Shown: one piece after another, positions 1 through 13,000 of the stretch
Layout: every line of letters starts with the position of its first letter
Position numbering within the stretch: the stretch's first letter is position 1
Source of the DNA: Octopus bimaculoides
Taxonomy: Eukaryota
Direction of reading: 5' to 3'
NCBI RefSeq assembly: GCF_001194135.2
Contig: NC_068990.1
Location: 13,048,915-13,112,914, forward strand
DNA: 64,000 bases
The notes under the pieces: generated by a model
Database searches by the model: none
Seen by the model: the letters and a program-made list of their open reading frames with translations, nothing else
Told to the model about the DNA's origin: nothing
Program-made: the position numbers and the translations under genes

Positions 1-344
1 TAGAAATGCAGTGAACCAGATACTGGGTGATTGGAAACATGTAAGCTACAATGTTATGGTTCATAAATTGTGTTAAAAGAATAACTACAGAAGTTTATCT
101 ATTTTACAGTATCAGTTAACATCATTTGTATTAATTAAAAAAAAAATAATGACAGCCCTAAATTTAAAAAGAAAGAAAATTCCTGTTTGACTTCCTTGTT
201 GATGGGATTTCTAAAGACGTATTTAAGTGTAATCTAGAAATTTCTTCAGATCTTGTTTCTTCAACTGGACACTATCAAATATTACCATAAAATGAAGGGA
301 TATGGAATTTTTCTAATCAACATTCTGACTTCTTAACAAGCGAA

Positions 345-860
345 ATGCTGCCAGTTTTATATCTGAACATCAAATAAAATGTCTTTAGAATAATAATTCA
401 GTATAAAAATCAGCTTTAGTCATCTTTTGCAGACTGTCATTGATCTACTATGTATTCAGGAAACATCTATAGCTCATTGAGATTGATATCATAAGAAATG
501 TGTCTGCTTTGATTATGTCTGTCAAAGATGAAACTGTAAATGGTTCGAAGAAATCGGGGATGTAATTTTGGCAAGAAACACCATGGTATTAATATTAAAG
601 AACATAACAATGTTGAACAGCTTGCTAAATATTGATAAAACTGATATGAGAAACACTATTCAGTAGAACGACAACCATATAGTGAAAATCATGGATTTAG
701 TATTAGTTTTGCTTTTAGAAATAGTTAATGGTAAATTCTTTAACAATTCCATAACAATGCTTATAATTAGATTTTGGAGGGTCAATGGATGAAAGAGAGA
801 AGTCTCCCATTGGGTAGAATGCTTTTCTATTGTAGGTAATTTTTCTAAAACAAGGTATGT
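345..860 (+). pseudogene. Decayed non-LTR retrotransposon APE endonuclease remnant
   Basis: One frame gives IDLLCIQET (439-465) and IVGNF (829-843), resembling the APE motifs DxxCLQET and GDFN, about 130 codons apart with several stops. An upstream LYLNIK resembles the first APE motif. Motif resemblance only. Confidence 0.4.
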
Positions 861-939
861 TGATCTAAAACAGAGCAACATAAATGTAAGTGCTCATCTT
901 AGAGACACTAAAAATGGTAGCCACCAGCACTCAACATAT

Positions 940-1230
940 CTGCTTTCAGAAGTAGCTTCTTCAAATTTCCAAGTGGATTACACAGGAACAAAAATGATTA
1001 TGTTATACAAAGCAATGAGAGTGTCTTAATTTCTTCCTTTAATGATGCTGGAAACATCAGCAACTCTCTCTCAAATCCCTCTATACTGTATCAAAAAAGA
1101 AGGGAGATATTGAGTGTTTTAATCACAGATATTCCTCATAAAAAGCAATGCCGTCTGAGTTGGAATGCCTTTGATTATAGGCCTAACCCGTCTTGAGTGA
1201 CCTAGGAATATAGAACAAGGTTTACCATAT
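940..1230 (+). repeat. Unclassified ~290 bp dispersed repeat, copy 1
   Basis: Colinear with 3162-3445 (shared ggaacaaaaatgatt, gaatgcctttgattataggcct, ttgagtgacct, gaacaag..caccatat). Confidence 0.75.
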
Positions 1231-1509
1231 AAAATGTCAAATGAACTAAATGGTTCATCATTTCTTTGTACTTTTAAAAATCAGTATAAAGTAATTATAT
1301 TGATAATTAGCAAGCTGTCAATCAACTATAGTAAAACTTGGTGTGATATGTCATTGCCTGTATATGCTCTTACAGAGCAAGTGCAAATGGGTCAAGAATT
1401 GGAAGCGCATTGTGGCCAGTGATGGACAATAACAACTGGTCAATATTGTGATGTGTATATGTGTGTTATTTATGTGTGTATATATAGATATATATGAGTG
1501 TGTGTTAAG

Positions 1510-1720
1510 TAAAATGAGACAACAAAACGAAAGTTGCGTAGAATTATCGAACACTTATACAGGGAAAGGTAGTCTTATAGGTGTTACTGGGATATTACGG
1601 ATATCCTTTCATCAGAGACGATATGAGAGAGTTAACTTGAGGGAAATAGAGTTCAATATAAGGAGCACTTACAATAGACTTACCTTCCATCTTGGGTCTT
1701 CTGGATACCAATACCTCTCA
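1510..1720 (-). mobile_element. Penelope-like terminal-repeat fragment with decayed hammerhead motif
   Basis: The minus strand carries gtct-CTGATGA-A-stem-GTAAC...AGAC and a strong AAG|GTAAGT donor. Flanked by microsatellites. PLE assignment is inferred from the hammerhead motif. Confidence 0.5.
1571..1620 (-). ncRNA. Degenerate minimal type I hammerhead ribozyme motif (canonical CUGAUGA core)
   Basis: Minus strand reads cGTCT CTGATGA A aGGATAT ccgta ATATCCc aGTAAC ACCTATA AGACt: 4-bp stem I, 6-bp stem II, GAAA mutated to GTAA, broken stem III. Confidence 0.5.
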
Positions 1721-1744
1721 TATATACATATACATATACATACA

Positions 1745-1925
1745 TACAAGAAAAAACAAAAAACGAAGACAGGCGGTGTAGACAACAAACAGATGTATTA
1801 GTTTAATGCTCGAGAAGTGAAAAAGTCTTTAATGTTTCGAGCCCACTCTCTTCCACAGAGAGGAACACAGAAAGAAACAAGGGGAGAAAATAAAGAATGT
1901 GTAGTGGCTAGCGATCTATCATAGC
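1745..1925 (-). mobile_element. Short hammerhead-bearing element (same family as 46825-47012), decayed copy
   Basis: Reverse complement aligns with 46850-47000 (gctcgaaac.ttaaagacttt, aactaatacatct, ttgt.tacacc.cctgtc.tcgt). The hammerhead here reads CTGTGGA A GAG..GCTC GAAAC ATT AAAGAC. Confidence 0.7.
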
Positions 1926-1930
1926 GAAAC

Positions 1931-1962
<32 letters not shown>

Positions 1963-2845
1963 CACATGACAAAGTTTCCACTGTGTCTTTAAGTCATTGT
2001 CATGAAGTTACATGAATAAGAAAGAAAGAAAAAATGTATTTCTTTTGGGTTTTTAATTTAAAACAACATCGTGTGTGGCTGAAATTTCACTGAAAATGGA
2101 CTTGGTAATTAAAAAAATTCATATCTAATTAATATTTGATATTTTGTAATAATTATTTTTTCCTTTTTTTTTTTCCATTCAAAAATTTATTTAGAATGTA
2201 GTGCTCATATGACTGTATGTTAAATATTCAGATATTTTTGCAAGCATTTTACATTGTTGGTTGTGTAGAACATGCCTGGACAAAGTAGAAGGACTAGCAG
2301 CAATACTAATTACGAAGAAACAGTAGTTTTGTGCTCATAGAATTTTATTCCAACATCATAAACAGAAAACATATTTGTCCTTTTGTCCTGGAACTTATAA
2401 CTTAAGCCTTTTTGTAAATGCATCTATACTACTACACATGAATATTTAAATAAGCTGTCAAGTGAGAAATTGAATTATAGTAATTGGACATTAAAGTTCT
2501 CCTAATGAAATACTGTCCTCTGTACTTAATTTTTTATTTTTAATCTTTAATGAAAAGTCTAGCCTCCAATTATTTATTCATTAGGTTTAAGTGAAGTTAA
2601 TATCATTTTTGGAGTGCAACAAAGGAAACTATTTTCATTCTAATGGAGGAAAAAAGATCAGTTAACAATAATTCTTATCTATAATTCTTTTTACTGTTAA
2701 TACACTGTTTAGATAAATTGAAAGAGTCCGGAGAAGTTTTAATGGAATAAGTTCTAAGTAATACTTGTTTTTAACTTTTAATAACTACATTTGTATGTCT
2801 TTTTCATTTTCTGTCTTATACCATTTCTCCATTCCCTCTGTGCAG

Positions 2846-2885
2846 CAACCTTAGGCTACCAAAAACCAAAGTCAAACAATGCCTA
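2846..2885 (+). CDS. Candidate 40-nt internal exon, product unknown
   Basis: Long pyrimidine tract ending tgcag, then a GTGAGT donor. Two frames are open (NLRLPKTKVKQCL or TLGYQKPKSNNA). No homology recognised. Confidence 0.2.
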
Positions 2886-3161
2886 GTGAGTAACTTTGAT
2901 GAATAGAAACTAGTGTTAATTTTGCCTTTGTTAACAGTTAATGATTAATTGTTTAAGAATTTCATAAGAATGTTTATAGACTAGATTTTGAAGGGTCAGC
3001 AAATGAATAAGAAATCTCCCACTGGATACAATTCTTTGCTATAACAGTTAAATTTTCTGAAACGAGGTGTTGTATTTCTTTGTGTTACACAGACAGAGCA
3101 ATATATATCGAAGTGCTCTTCCAAGAGACACAGTGAAATTGTTAGCCTCGGCATTTTACAT

Positions 3162-3445
3162 TTCTGCTTCCAGAAGTAACTCAAAAATTCTCAAGTGTTT
3201 TACATGGGAACAAAAATGATTTTTTTCATTCAAAGCCATGAGGGTGTCTTTATTTCATCACCTAACAAGGATGGTAATATTTCAAATCATTCCATATTGT
3301 CTTTAAAAAAAATGAAGCGTCACATTGAGTATTTTGATGACGAATACTCCTCATAATAAGCAATGTGGTCTGAATTAGAATGCCTTTGATTATAGGCCTG
3401 GATTATATTGAGTGACCTGGGGATAAAGAACAAGATTCACCATAT
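3162..3445 (+). repeat. Unclassified ~290 bp dispersed repeat, copy 2
   Basis: Colinear with 940-1230. Confidence 0.75.
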
Positions 3446-3968
3446 CAACCCCAGGACTTATTCTTTGTAAGCCTAGTATTTATTCTATTGGTCCCTTTTG
3501 CCGAACTGCAAAATTACGAGGAAATAAACACATCAACATTGGTTATCAAGTGACGGTGGGGAGACAAACACAGACACACAAACATATATCATCATCATCA
3601 TCATCATCATCGTTTAACGTCCGCTTTCCATGCTAGCATGGGTTGGACGATTTGACTGAGGACTGGTGAAACCGGATGGCAACACCAGGCTCCAATCTAA
3701 TTTGGCAGAGTTTCTACAGCTGGATGCCCTTCCTAACGCCAACCACTCAGAGAGTGTAGTATATATATATATATATATATAGATATATATATATATATAT
3801 ACGAAGGGCTTTTTTTCAATTTCCATCTACCAAATCTACTCACAAGGCTTTGGTCAGCTCGAGGCTATAGTAGAAAACACTTGCTCAGGGTGCCTGGCTG
3901 TGGGACTGAACCTGGAACCATGTGGTTGGGAAGCAAGCTTCTTACCACACAGCCACGCCTGCACCTAA
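3446..3968 (-). mobile_element. SINE family A (tRNA-like head, ccttgggcaagt CORE-like segment, internal microsatellite), interrupted by SINE C
   Basis: Head at 3800-3968 (RC: ggctgtgtggtaagaagcttgc...ggttccaggttcagtccc, with A-box/B-box-like motifs); 3' body at 3446-3590. Matches many other copies. Confidence 0.85.
3591..3758 (-). mobile_element. SINE-like family C (ends in (GAT)n tail)
   Basis: RC reads ttggcgttaggaagggcatccagctgtagaaactctgcc...gcggacgttaaacgatgatgatg. Near-identical to 10437-10599. Confidence 0.85.
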
Positions 3969-5634
3969 ACTTCATTCAATCCATGTGAGCATGGAAATGG
4001 GAACATTAAAACAATGGTGTTAATGGTTATTTCTTTTGTCACTGATACTCAGTAAATAATCTGGAAATGGAATGGCTCAAACAGGGTGATTTGTCATCTA
4101 CACGTAAGATGGCAAAGTGTTTGAGAGGAAACAATCTATTAAGGATTTAGGTCAGTCACATAACCCTTTATGTATATTTTTGCTTGAATGGTGCTACAAA
4201 TTATGTCCTAATAATGAACAAACTGTAGTCTTTAATAAACTCTTAAGAGGAAAATTTGTAAATATTGCAGCTAACGTACAAAACATATTTAGCAATACTT
4301 CTTATTTTAAAAATATGGTGTCAAACTCTTTGGGATGATAATATTTTAAAGGAATCAATAGAACAGTGAAAAAAACCCATCAAAGTATTTTGAGAATTTC
4401 ATTTTAGAACCTAAATAACTGAGGCAAACAGAAGAATATAATTCTGTCGAGATAACGACACTAGAAATAAATTGTGTAAATTGACAGAAAATGGTAAAGG
4501 AATGTTTGTCAGCTTCATTACTGGGTTAAAGATGAAACATTATTATCCTAGCCTTTACGACATTTTTAGAATTAAACTTCTTGATAAAGATCTGTGTATG
4601 TTATTTTTTTCTTTGTTTTTAAAATTATTTTCTTTCTCGTATTTGTGTATTTATCTAATATTATTAGTCACTCTTTGCCTTCTGAAAGCTTTTAATAAAC
4701 CCTTACATGTTTAAATGATAACTAGAAAAATATAAATACACTAATTATATAATACTGTCATAAAGAGAATGAACAGAATTCACAGCTATAGTTTTTTTGC
4801 TATTAATCTAGAGAAAATAAGATCTGCTGAGACATTCAAACCATTTTTATATAAATATACATATTGTTTTCTTGCAAACATTGCAGCTAAATTATATTGT
4901 AATTGACACAGCTCTTTTTTATTTTGAGTAGGTGTTTGTGTTACTCTCTTCCTTCAGCACTGGCAATTATCAATAACATTTCACTGACATCTTCCTTTAC
5001 CATCACTTGTAACTTCATTCCGGATACAATATTTACTGACAAGTTATTAATTCCCGCAGTTGATGTTGACAATTTCTGTATTAGCTGTAGCATATTCATA
5101 AGAATATGGAAAAACCTTTAACCTGTTCACTTCCCTTATCTTTTGACTACAATATGCAATCTTTGCCACAAATATAGATGAGAAATATTTATCACAGACA
5201 GGAACATATATGCATTTCAACATATAAACTAGAAGAAAGCCTTCTTAATTATTTGTTATACAGTTATGAAATTGTGAAGTCTACTACAGCTGACAGCAGT
5301 TGAAAAAGGAGAATTCTAATATGTTTATACTCAGATGACATTATTGTATTATAAAAGCAAATCAAATTGCTGTGGAATGTGTCTAAGATATGAATAATTA
5401 CTGACAGCAGACAACGTCATCTAACAGCAGCTGTATTTTCAAATCTGTAATTTTAATTATCTTTACTTTCATTGCTCAACTTTGATGGTTCTGTCAGTAA
5501 CAATGCAGCCTTGAAAAACAACCAGTTTCTCTACTTTCTAACTGTAAAACTAATTATTTTTGAGCCAATAAGTGAGCTTCTACAAGTAACCACAAAGTAT
5601 CTCTTAAAACACATCTACCATCTTTAAAAAAGGG

Positions 5635-6478
5635 CCAGAAAATTCAGGGAAGGGGATAAGTCGATTGCATTGACCCCCAATGTTCAACTTGTACTTATTT
5701 TATCAACCCCAAAAGGATGAAAGGTAAAGTCGACCTTGGCAGGATTTGAACTTAGAACATAAAAACAGATGAAATAACACTATCGCCCAGCATGCTAATG
5801 ATTCTGCTGTCTCAGTAATCCTTTCTATGATAGACACAAGACTTGAAACTGTTTGGGAGGGGCCTAATCGACTACATTGACCATAGCACTTGACTGGTAC
5901 TTATTTCATGGACCCTTAAAGAATGAAAAGCAATGTTAACTTCCGGGGGATTTGACCTCAGAACGTAAAGGCAGATGAAATGCTGATAAGCGTTTTGCCT
6001 GGCATGGTAACGATTCTGCTCACTGACCACCTTTAAAATTATACTAATAATAATCTATTCTGAAGGGTTAGTCAGTTACATTGATCCCTGGTACTTGACT
6101 GATTCTTATTTCATTGACTCCAAAAGGATGAATAGCAAATTGACTTCAGTGGAATTCGACCTCAGAATGTAAAGATGGACAAAATACTGGAAAAGCATTT
6201 TGTCTAGTGTGCTAACAATTCTGCCAGCTCGCAGCCTTGACGACAATAATGATGATGAAGTGGGGAGAGGTCAAATTTTGGCACAAGCCCAGCAAGTTTA
6301 GGAAGGGTGTAATTTGAGTCCATTGACCCAAGTACGCAACTGGTAATTATTTTATCAACCCTGAAAGGATAAAAGGCAAAGTCGACCTTGGCAGAATTTG
6401 AACTCAGAACCTGAAGGCAGCTGACATGCATCTAAGCATTTTACTCAGCATGCTGATGATTCTGCCAGCTCACCATTC
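5635..6478 (-). mobile_element. Four head-to-tail degenerate SINE family B copies
   Basis: Copies at about 5635-5814, 5815-6034, 6060-6238 and 6270-6478. Each has the RC of the gagttcaaat B-box and of ctttgcctttcatcc...gataaaataagtaccag. Confidence 0.85.
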
Positions 6479-7019
6479 TAATGATAATAATAATAATAGT
6501 AGTAAACATCTATGCGATAGGTTAGTGTAAACATCTGAAAATGTGTGGCTGTAGAAGCATTAAATCATGTTAACACTGAAAGAGTGTTAAAGAATTATTT
6601 AAAGAACACAGTTACTCACATTAAGGGGCATTAATACAAGGGTTGATAATCAATACAAATTGCATTAGAGTTGAAACAATAACCTAGATAAAGTTTGCTG
6701 ATAACGCAAATTCTGATTGGTCACAAACTACTGGCTATCTTATAATAAATCTGGCTGATATAATTAAGAAGTTGGCATAAAGGTCACTCAGTGTGCCAAC
6801 TATCTGTTTGATGGCAGAGTACCTGACATTGTTGAAGATTTCATTAGTTAGAATCAACTTACATAGATTATGGCATTATTTCTTGAGAAAACATCTTGTT
6901 ACAGTAAATTCAATTCTTTGGAAAATATTCAGTGTTCTTAGCAGTTTTGTTGGGTTTTTTTTCTTTTTTCAAGGGCGTCTGTAAAATCAATCAGATTTTT
7001 GCTTTTAGCATTTAGTTAT

Positions 7020-7450
7020 TGAAAGCAATTTAGTAGATGTGTTGGAAGAAGATTGCTTTTCGATCACATGGTTCTGGGTTCAGTCTCAGTACGTGGAACC
7101 TTGAGTAAGTTGACCAAAGTCTTGTGAGTGAATTTAATAGATGAATACAAAAAGAAGCCCATCATGTATGTATATGTGTGTGTGTGCATGTGTGTCTGTC
7201 TGTCTGTCTATCTGTTGGTGCATGCATGTGTGTGTGTGTATGTTTCGTTGAGGTTGTGTTTGTCTCCCACCACCTTTTGACAACCGATGTTGGTTTGTTT
7301 ATGTCTCCATAACTTAGCAGTTCATTGTTAGAAACTGACAGAATAAGTACCAGGTTTAGAAAAAGAGAAACATTAATTGGGTACTGGGTTTAATTTGTTC
7401 AACAAAACCCTTCAAAGGGGTGCCTTCTCAGAATGGTCACAGTTACTGCT
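7020..7450 (+). mobile_element. SINE family A, degenerate
   Basis: ggttctgggttcagtc head, internal (TG)n, ttgacaaccgatgttgg, gaataagtaccagg. Confidence 0.75.
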
Positions 7451-8607
7451 TCTTCTGAATAAAAAATATTTCCAGATAATGAGTGTATGCAGCTCTCAAA
7501 CACACAGCTCTATAAAATTATATCACCAGAAAAACACAATTCTGTGGCAATAAAATGGTACAAGAAAAACGTAGGGTTAACTCACAAGTAGCATAATATA
7601 TTCAAGAAGTCCTAGAAATTTTAGAATAGCCTTAAGGAAGTTCTGTGTTGAGTGTAATACAATGCAATCATTGGCCATGTGTATAAATGGTAGAAAGAAT
7701 ATTTACACTCTCAAAAGTTTGTAATGCTTTCAGTAAACTTCAAGTGAAACCTTTTATAAGTTTCTAAAATTAAATAAAAATGACAGTCTTATTTGAAATA
7801 ATCTTGCATATCAATCAGCCATTCAAATGTAGTATAAGTTTATTTACCGTATTTTTGTATTGAAAAATTTACTTAAAAGCGATTTTGTTTTTTCATCCCC
7901 GTGTGTTTTCTTTTCTTTAATATTGGTGCACAAGTATGTAAGTGTAATTAATATATCATGTGTATGTGTGTGTATGCATTTGTNNNNNNNNNNATATAGT
8001 TAATTTTAAAAAATAGAGAAAAACACAAAGCAAAAACAAGACGAGGACATGGTACATGTAAAGTATTAATAAGACATATACATATATATATTTGTATGTA
8101 TGTATGTATATATATATGTGTGTGTGCATGTATATATATATATGCATACATATATTTATATACATATAAAAGCATATATATGTATCTTATCGAAATTATG
8201 AAATTGTTTCACTGAATTCTTTAGAACTTATTGAGAAACTTTATTGCTAAGAAGAACAAAGCTATGGACAAAAGTAAAGAAAGAGAGACAATGAGAGAGT
8301 GCCAGACTGTATAAAAGAGGTGGCACAACTTTTGAAAACACGTCATTTAAATCCTATATTTGATTAAAATACTGAAGTACAAAGAACAATTATGAGTTCA
8401 GATTTAAAGAATGAGAAAATAATTTTGAAAGTAAACCCATTTAAGTTCCATATTTGGATAAATGTTAATTATGTATTGTTCAGTAATGACTGAGAATTAA
8501 TGACTGAGTCTGTCTTTGTGTTTAACTGATGTAACTAACGCTGAAATAATTCTAAGTTCACTGATGTCTATCGTGTTTCTATAGCTTTAGGTCGTCATTT
8601 ATAATAG

Positions 8608-8822
8608 TTTCAAATTTTGACACAAGGCTAGCAAGTTCGGGCAGGAGGTAACTTGATAACATTGACTCCAGTACACAACTGGTACTTATTTTATCAACTT
8701 CAAAAAAAAAAGCAAAAGCAAAAATCAACCTTGGCAGAATTTGAACTCAGACCATAAAGACATATGAAATTCTACAAAGTATTTTGCCTGATGTGCTAAC
8801 GGTTCTGCCTGCTTACCACCTT
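8608..8822 (-). mobile_element. SINE family B
   Basis: caactggtacttattttatc...caaccttggcagaatttgaactcag. Confidence 0.8.
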
Positions 8823-9130
8823 ACAGGTTAGGATTGCTAATGAACAAATTTTTTTGATAGTAAATGAAGATATGGATTATAGTCTTCAGATAGTTCGTTT
8901 TGTATTTGGGCAGCAAGATTCTTGATGTGAATTTGTGTGCTTTGTTGTCTTGGGAGGGTCATCATGCCAATAATAACACATGCACAGGTTCAGTTCTACT
9001 TCTTTATTGTTAGGCAATTGGTTAAATATCTAATCAACTAACTAATGAATTATTTGTTTGACATGCAGGTTAAACACTCAAATGGTTGTTTGCTTGTCAA
9101 AGTTCTATCATCACTGTTTGTGATGATAGA

Positions 9131-9345
9131 CAGCAAGCTGGCAGAATTGTTAGCACGCTGGGTGAAGTGGTTAGTGGTATTTCATCTGCTGCTATGTTCT
9201 GAGTTCAAATTCTGCCAAGGTCAGCTTCGCCTCTCATTCTTTCAGGGTCAATAAATTAAGTACCAGTTGCATACTGAGGTCGATCTAATCAACTGCCCCC
9301 TCCTCCAAAATTTCAGGCCTTGTGTCTATAGGAGAAAGGATTATT
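9131..9345 (+). mobile_element. SINE family B (tail type 2)
   Basis: agctggcagaa...ttctgagttcaaattc...aaattaagtaccag...aatttcaggccttgtg. Confidence 0.85.
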
Positions 9346-9789
9346 AGCATAACGAATCTCTCAAGACGCAGCAAGACTTTAGTTAGGTTATATAAAGTTG
9401 TAGATTTGTTAATGTTTGAGGCAATATAAATATTATTGTCAACGAAGCTCTAGAAATCTTAGGAATATTAATACTGAAGTCTACTACGGATGAACTGGGA
9501 TGTAAATTGAATGAAAAGAAATCAGAAAAATAATGCTAATCATGAAACAAAAGCTAAAAGGGGTCTGTGGTTATTTTAAGATTATTATGAAGTAAAATAG
9601 CTAACCACTTTACATACTGAGATGAAAATAAATGAAGCTAAATAAATAAGTGTTTAGAATTGATTAAGAAATCAAAATGTATTTTGAATAATAAAAGACA
9701 TAAAATTAAGAGATACTCAGTAATGTAAACAGTATGAAAAATGGACCCAGAACTTTCAGAAGGGTGAATACAAAGGGACATAGCTGCAA

Positions 9790-10100
9790 AACATTTATTA
9801 TCACATGAGCACATGATTGACCAGACTAGTGGATGTTGTTATACATCACTGATCACAATGCACTTTGCTTCATTTTAGCTTTCAAATTATGTCAGCCTAC
9901 TGGCTAAGTGAGCAGGCTAACATTCCCCCTCATCAGAAAGCCAGTCCATCAAAGTGTTAACCCGTTTACAGCTGAGCTGACTGGAGCAATGTGAAATGAA
10001 GTGTTCTGCTTAAGAACCAATGCACTATTCAAATCAGGAGTCAAACCCACAATCTAGCGGTTGTTAGTGCAACACTCTAATGGCTAGGCCACATGCCCTC
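9790..10100 (-). mobile_element. Further tRNA-headed SINE-like repeat
   Basis: RC begins gagggcatgtggcctag...gggtttgactcc, then ttcttaagcagaacacttcatttcacattgctccagtcagctcagctg. One clear copy in the window. Confidence 0.55.
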
Positions 10101-10337
10101 ATCAAAAACATTTATCATGAATATACAAAATGTGTCAAAGTGTGAATGAATCTCATAATAAATAACATAAAGATACATGAACTTATAAAGAAAAAGAAAT
10201 TTAGTATATTAAACGATTTAGACACAAATGCAGGCATCCATATGCATACATAAATGCGTATATATAGTACATGCATACACATTTCACTACATTTACACAC
10301 ATGCACAAAAATATATTTATTCTCACTCTTATGAGTG

Positions 10338-10419
<82 letters not shown>

Positions 10420-10436
10420 GATATATAGATATATAT

Positions 10437-10599
10437 GTCGGAGTGGTTGGCGTTAGGAAGGGCATCCAGCTGAGGAAACTCTGCCAAATCAGATTGGAGC
10501 CTGGTATCGCCTCCTGGTCCACCAGTCCTCAGTCAAATCGGCCAACCCATGCTAGCCTGGAAAGCGGACGTTAAACGATGATGATGATGATGATGATGA
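10437..10599 (+). mobile_element. SINE-like family C, inserted next to a long (TA)n (10341-10435)
   Basis: gagtggttggcgttaggaagggcatccagctg...gttaaacgatgatgatg. Confidence 0.85.
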
Positions 10600-10613
10600 T
10601 CTCTGTCCCTTAA

Positions 10614-10647
<34 letters not shown>

Positions 10648-11439
10648 TACCAATAGTGGTATCTTCTGTCAACATTTCAGTAATCCAGCAATATTATATA
10701 TATAAAAATTACGTATCTCTGAAGATTTGGCAGAACAGTTAGATAATGTAATCTACATTACATAACTAATAATAACTTTTGTTAATGAAATATGCCTGAG
10801 ATGGTGTAACAAAATATCTTATAAACAATCTCATGTTTTTCATTATTTTCTATATATACACACAGGCTGATTCATATAAGGAGAGAGAGAGAGAGAGAGA
10901 GAATATATAAATATGTGTTCGGAACTTTTAAATGTAAATATTTGTGTATGATATTAGTGATTTATATATATATATGCATATATATATTTGTTTATCTGTG
11001 TTTATAAGATCTTATATTTTGATCATATTTGTTTATATATTTATATAAAGATGTAGTCTCACTTTTACAAATGTATTTTTATTCATAATAATACTCTATC
11101 ATTTGTGTTCCTTCTAGATTTAATTCTGAAAATTGTTTTGCCTTCTTTCCCATTTCTCAAACCACATAGATTTTTGAAAACACATCTTTCTTCTTTTTTT
11201 TTTTTCTAATTCAAAGATTACATATACTCACATTATTTAGTATGCAAAGGCAAGGAGCTAACATAATTGTAAGCATGTCAGACAAAATACTTAGCAGTAT
11301 TTCAACCATTCTTTACATACTGAGTTCAAATTCCACTGAGGGGTGAGCAAACCACTGAGGGGTGAGCACTGGGCTCAATGTAATCAACTAGCCCCACCCC
11401 AGACTTTGTACCTATTGTAGAAAGAATTATTTAGTATGC

Positions 11440-11715
11440 ATCTTTCATCTTTTCTTTTACTTGTTTCAGTCATTATACTGTGGCCATACTGGGGCTCTGC
11501 TTTGAGGAAGTTTTAGTTAAATCAATCAATCCCAGTACGTTTATGTTAGGCATGGTACTTATTCTATCGATCTCTCTTACCAAACTGTTAAGTTATGGGG
11601 ACTTAAGTACACCAACACTGATTGTCAAGGAGTAATAGTTGGGGTGGGGAAAAACACAAGCACAAAGACACACACACATACATCTATATATACACACACA
11701 CACATACACACACAC

Positions 11716-11766
<51 letters not shown>

Positions 11767-12135
11767 CGACGGGCTTCCTTCAGTTTCTTATTTCTTTATT
11801 GCCCACAAGGGGCTAAACACAGAGGGGACAAACAAGGACAGACAAAGGGATTAAGTCGATAACATTGATTCCAGTGCGTAGCTGGTACTTAATTCATCGA
11901 CCCCGAAAGGATGAAAGGCAGAGTCAACCTCGGCGGAATTTGAACTCAGAACGTAACGGCAGACGAAATACCGTTAAACATTTCGCCCGGCATGCCAACG
12001 TTTCTGCCCGCTCGCCAGTTTCTGCCTACCAAATCCATTCACAAGGCTTTGGTTTGGCCTGAGGCTATAGTAGAAAACTCTTGCCCAAAATGTCACGCAA
12101 TGGGACTGAAACCAGAATCATGAGGCTGGGAAGTA
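11440..12135 (-). mobile_element. SINE family A, full length, interrupted by SINE B
   Basis: Tail at 11440-11500 (RC ccagtatggccacagtataatgactgaaacaagtaaaag), (CA)n core, head at 12017-12135. Confidence 0.85.
11789..12016 (-). mobile_element. SINE family B (tail type 1), young-looking, with 7-bp TSD
   Basis: Flanked by agtttct at 11782-11788 and 12017-12023. CpG-rich. Matches 57671-57902. Confidence 0.92.
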
Positions 12136-12179
12136 AATGCATTATTCTTTATTTATTTATTTAACCTCATTCATTCCTA

Positions 12180-13000
12180 TCACAATTTTTTGATTCATAA
12201 TATCAAAATACAAACAGACCTCCTTTCTGCTATTGTTTGATGATTAAAATTATTTTTCCACATTTTTCCTAGTCTGCTTTTACTCCATTTAATCAACAAG
12301 AGTCTACTTTAAAATTACAACGCTAATAATATTCCCATAACTTCTAGTTCCCTGAACATAGTATAATTCTTTAGTACATCACAATTTTATGATGTCAGAT
12401 CTTCTTATGGCACTGCAACAGTATCATAGGTTTTTGATAATATCATATGTTTTTTACCCCAAGAAATCTTCTATGCTTCATATTATCAAAATCTTTCTGT
12501 TTCTTTATTCACCCAAATTTTCAACTACGAATATATGATACTAGTAAGTTTAGAATTATTTCAGTATATTTAACCTCTATTACATTTAAACTTAAAACAG
12601 AATCATTATTTAATTTTAAAGCATTAGCTGACCAACCCATTACTAATCTATTTTTGGAACTTAATACCTCTTCTTTCAAAATCTTCCCACTTTATTTAAA
12701 ATGTAAGTCCATAAATAACTTTTCTATAGTTAGACTTAAACTAAATATAGAATTTAAATAAATGTAGAATTTAACTAATATAGAATTTAACAGTCATATT
12801 TTCAAAACATGCCTCTCATTTTTTTTAATAAACTTCAAATCTTCAACTGTCTGACCAGTTTTTTTCTTTCTGCAAATTTTTATTTGTAACTTATATCAAC
12901 AATTTCACTACAAATTTTCTCAATAAGTTCTGAAAAAATTCTGTAGTGATTGAAACTGATTTATAATTTTGTAAACTTACTTTCAAACTGCTATCTCATA
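12180..13000 (-). pseudogene. Decayed RTE-type reverse transcriptase fragment
   Basis: Minus-strand pieces in the expected order: KQKDFDNMKHRRF (cf. KAFDxV), IIKNL*YCCSAIR (cf. IIKNLYxxQxAxVR), MFRELEVMG, LIIKQ*QKGGL. Many stops and frameshifts. Confidence 0.5.

Noticed and set aside
1-854. Possible exon chain: 2-40 (RNAVNQILGDWKH|gtaagc), 19-nt microexon 836-854, then 2846
   Set aside because: Phases fit, but no protein was recognised, the chain stops in the next candidates, and 836-854 overlaps the APE-like remnant.
4903-5121. Both strands open for 50-70 codons (minus MLQLIQKLSTSTAG...)
   Set aside because: No convincing splice-site pair and no recognisable homology.
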